DNA from: Oscillospiraceae bacterium
GTDB taxonomy: Bacteria; Bacillota; Clostridia; Oscillospirales; Oscillospiraceae
DNA length: 64,000 nt
NCBI GenBank assembly: GCA_022799035.1
Contig: JAAWNQ010000009.1
Coordinates: forward strand, 289-64,288
Direction: 5' to 3'
In this document: positions 61,521 to 64,000 of the stretch, piece by piece
Layout: the number at the start of each line of letters is the position of its first letter
Numbering within the stretch: position 1 is the first letter of the stretch
The notes under the pieces: generated by a model
The model's input: the letters and a program-made list of their open reading frames with translations, nothing else
Databases searched by the model: none
Told to the model about the DNA's origin: nothing
Program-made: the position numbers and the translations under genes

Positions 61521-62779
61521 GGGGTCTCCTCTCCTGATTCCACTTTTCCGCCCAGGCGGGTGTATTCCTCCCAGAAGTCGGGATAGGATTTGTTGACAGC
61601 CTCCGCCCCGGTGAGGATCACGGGATTTTCGCACCGGGTGGCGGCGACGGCGGTCATCATGGCGATGCGGTGGTCGCCCCAGCTGTCCACCGTTGCGCCG
61701 CCGCGGAGCATCTCCCTGCCGCGGATAAGGAGGAAGTCCTTCCCCTCGGTCACGTCCGCCCCCAGGGCGTTCAGGACCGCCGTTGCGGAGGCGAGGCGGT
61801 CGCTCTCCTTGATGCGAAGCCGTCCGGCGTTCACAAGGCGGGTGGTCTTTCCCGCCGCCAGAGCCGCCGCCGCGGCCAGGGGAGGGACAAGGTCGGGGTT
61901 TTGGGACACATCCACCGCCACCTCTGGCCCGGTCCCGGCGTAGATCGCCTCCTGGAGCTCCAGGTACCGCCAATCCCCCTGGAGGGAGGGGACGGTCATC
62001 CCCTCCACCTCCACCGGGCTTCCCAGGGCCCCGGCGGCAAACCAAAACCCAGCCTGGGACCAGTCGGGCTCCACGGCGGCCTGGCCGGGACGGTAGGTCT
62101 GGTTCCCCTGGGGGTGGTACTGGGGGGGCAGGGACAGGGTGGCGGGCATCTCCACCCCGAAGGTCCCCATGGCCTGGAGGGTCATATGGATATAGTCCTC
62201 GCTCTCCAGGAAGGTGGTGGGAATGAGGGCGGAGGGGCCCTCCAGAAGGGGCAGGGCGTAGAGAAGGCCGGTGAAGAACTGGCTGGACACGTCGCCGGGA
62301 AGCCGGTATTCCCCGGGCAATAGCCGCCCCTGGACCGTGAGGACCCCGTCCTTCTGCTCATAGAAGATCCCCTTCCGGTCAAAGAGATCGAAGTAGGGCT
62401 TCTGGGGTCGGTCCATGAGCCGGCCCCGGCCGGTGAAGATCCCCCCTCCCCGCACCGCCAGGGCGATGGGAATGAGGAAGCGGAGGGTGGAGCCAGACTC
62501 CCCGCAGTCCAGGCGGGGCAGGGCCAGCCGCCGGTGGGGAGACATGGGGTTGGCCCCCATGCCCCGGACGGTGACCACATCCCCCTCCAGGGTCCACTCG
62601 GCCCCCAGTTCGGCAAGGCAGCGGAGGGTGGCCTCGATATCCTGGGAGAGGGAGACGTTGCGGACAACGCTCTCCCCCTCCGCCAGGGCGGCGGCGATGA
62701 GAAGCCGGTGGGCCTGGGATTTGCTGGGGGGCGGGGTGACGGCGCCGGATAGAGTTGTGGGAATGAGGGTGAGGGTCAT
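61517..62779 (-). CDS. aroA: EPSP synthase
   Basis: PPSKSQAHR, CGESGSTLR, SSQF, KESDRL, DHRIAM. Confidence 0.97.
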   Translation of the reverse strand: MTLTLIPTTLSGAVTPPPSKSQAHRLLIAAALAEGESVVRNVSLSQDIEATLRCLAELGAEWTLEGDVVTVRGMGANPMSPHRRLALPRLDCGESGSTLRFLIPIALAVRGGGIFTGRGRLMDRPQKPYFDLFDRKGIFYEQKDGVLTVQGRLLPGEYRLPGDVSSQFFTGLLYALPLLEGPSALIPTTFLESEDYIHMTLQAMGTFGVEMPATLSLPPQYHPQGNQTYRPGQAAVEPDWSQAGFWFAAGALGSPVEVEGMTVPSLQGDWRYLELQEAIYAGTGPEVAVDVSQNPDLVPPLAAAAALAAGKTTRLVNAGRLRIKESDRLASATAVLNALGADVTEGKDFLLIRGREMLRGGATVDSWGDHRIAMMTAVAATRCENPVILTGAEAVNKSYPDFWEEYTRLGGKVESGEETP

Positions 62780-62806
62780 AGTGGTTCTCCTTTGGTAAGG
62801 CTTTCG

Positions 62807-62916
62807 AGCGGGTTTGGAACCCGCCCCTACAAAAAAGGGGGGCGTACATCAAGGCAGGTTTGGAGCCCGCCCCTACAAAAGGCGTACTGTGCGTAGGGCG
62901 GGTTCCAGGCCCGCCC
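62807..62916. repeat. Cluster of three GTAG-type REP-like palindromes
   Basis: GTAGGGGCGGGTTCCAAACCCGCT (minus, 62807-62830), GTAGGGGCGGGCTCCAAACCTGCC (minus, 62853-62876), GTAGGGCGGGTTCCAGGCCCGCCC (plus, 62893-62916). Confidence 0.8.
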
Positions 62917-62923
62917 CAGCCCC

Positions 62924-64000
62924 TTATCTTCCGCAGAGGTCCTCCAGGCTTTGGAGGAGGGACTCCTTGCTCATTTTGACGGGGAGGGCCTTTCCCATTT
63001 TTTGGAGGAGGATCACGGTGATGTCCGTCCCCTCGCTCTTTTTATCCAGACCCACGGCCCTCACCAGGGTCTCCCGGTCGCAGTCAATGTGAGTGGGAAG
63101 GTTGAAGGCCTTCAGGAGGTCCGTAAGGGCCTGGGTCTCCTCATGGCTCTCCATGATCCCCAGGCCGGCGCCAAGCTGAAGGGCGGCGCACATCCCCGCC
63201 GAGACCGCCTGACCGTGGGTCCAGGTCTCATAATTCCCCGCCAGCTCGTAGGCGTGGCCGATGGTGTGGCCGAAGTTCAAAAGCATCCGGCGGCCGGTGT
63301 CGTGCTCATCCTCCTCCACAACAGAGCGTTTTATATCACAGCAGGTATACAGTATGTGTTCGATATTGGCCATGATCTCCGCCCTTGAGGGGTGGGCGGA
63401 GAGGAAATCGAAGAAGTCCCTGTCGGCGATACAGCCGTATTTGATGACCTCGGCCATACCATCGGAGAAGGTCTTGTCGTCCAGGGTGTTCAGGGTCTCC
63501 GGGTCCATAAGCACCAGCCTGGGCTGCCAGAAGGCTCCCGCCAGATTTTTCCCGTGGGCAAGGTCAATGGCCACCTTGCCCCCCACCGAGGAGTCCACCT
63601 GGGCCAGGAGGGTGGTGGGGATCTGGATGAAGTCCACCCCCCGGAGGATGGTGGCGGCGGCGAAGCCCGCCAGGTCCCCAACCACACCGCCTCCCAACGC
63701 CACCACGGCGTCGGTGCGGGTAAGGCCGAAGTGCATCATGGCCTCCCAGAGAGCGGCCAGGTGGGTGGCGCACTTGGCCCCCTCCCCGGCGGGACCCGCA
63801 AACAGCCCCGTATCAAAGCCGGCGTGTTCCAAGCTGTTCTCCACCCGGGTGCCGTAGAGGGGCTCCACGTTGGTATCGGTGACGATGGCGATCCGCTTGG
63901 CCTTGGGGCAGACCTTCCGGATCTCCACCCCCACTTGGTCCAGCAGGCCGGGGGCGATGTGGATGTCGTAGGAGCGGGAACCCAGGTCGATATGGAGGGT
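62924..64000 (-). CDS. aroB: 3-dehydroquinate synthase, partial (start beyond right edge)
   Basis: GGGVVGDLAGF, PTTLLAQVDSSVGGK, LLNFGHTIGHA; frame stays open to 64000 (TLHIDLGSRSYDI). Confidence 0.97.
   Translation of the reverse strand, partial: TLHIDLGSRSYDIHIAPGLLDQVGVEIRKVCPKAKRIAIVTDTNVEPLYGTRVENSLEHAGFDTGLFAGPAGEGAKCATHLAALWEAMMHFGLTRTDAVVALGGGVVGDLAGFAAATILRGVDFIQIPTTLLAQVDSSVGGKVAIDLAHGKNLAGAFWQPRLVLMDPETLNTLDDKTFSDGMAEVIKYGCIADRDFFDFLSAHPSRAEIMANIEHILYTCCDIKRSVVEEDEHDTGRRMLLNFGHTIGHAYELAGNYETWTHGQAVSAGMCAALQLGAGLGIMESHEETQALTDLLKAFNLPTHIDCDRETLVRAVGLDKKSEGTDITVILLQKMGKALPVKMSKESLLQSLEDLCGR

Overview
GC-rich Clostridia-type (likely Oscillospiraceae-like; inference from gene content and RBS style) chromosomal window, mostly housekeeping with several accessory blocks. 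Left to right: (1) 5' part of a >1170-aa secreted multi-domain surface protein that the ORF track misses because it runs off the left edge; (2) GntR-controlled mannose-family PTS locus with a NanE-like epimerase, a membrane TPR-like ORF, two SIS proteins and HAD phosphatases; (3) DeoR-BtpA/SgcQ-HAD-FGGY kinase-guanine-deaminase-like operon plus a separately promoted phosphoribosyltransferase; (4) F1Fo ATP synthase operon with a Na+-type two-carboxylate c subunit; (5) HxlR regulator with a frameshifted partner gene; (6) tatB-tatA-tatC beside two twin-arginine FMN/FAD flavo-lipoproteins, each paired with a divergent LysR; (7) the full S10-spc-alpha ribosomal cluster, whose spacers hold a 16S h21-like (uS8-site) hairpin upstream of rpsH, two related covarying nested-hairpin repeats flanking rpsJ and a leader terminator; (8) a membrane-anchored XRE regulator, and a Na/Pi cotransporter under a yybP-ykoY-like riboswitch; (9) a shikimate/Phe operon interrupted by three unrelated small genes and a GTAG-REP cluster. 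No rRNA, tRNA, CRISPR array, integrase or transposase was seen. All calls are from motif recognition by eye; no searches were run.
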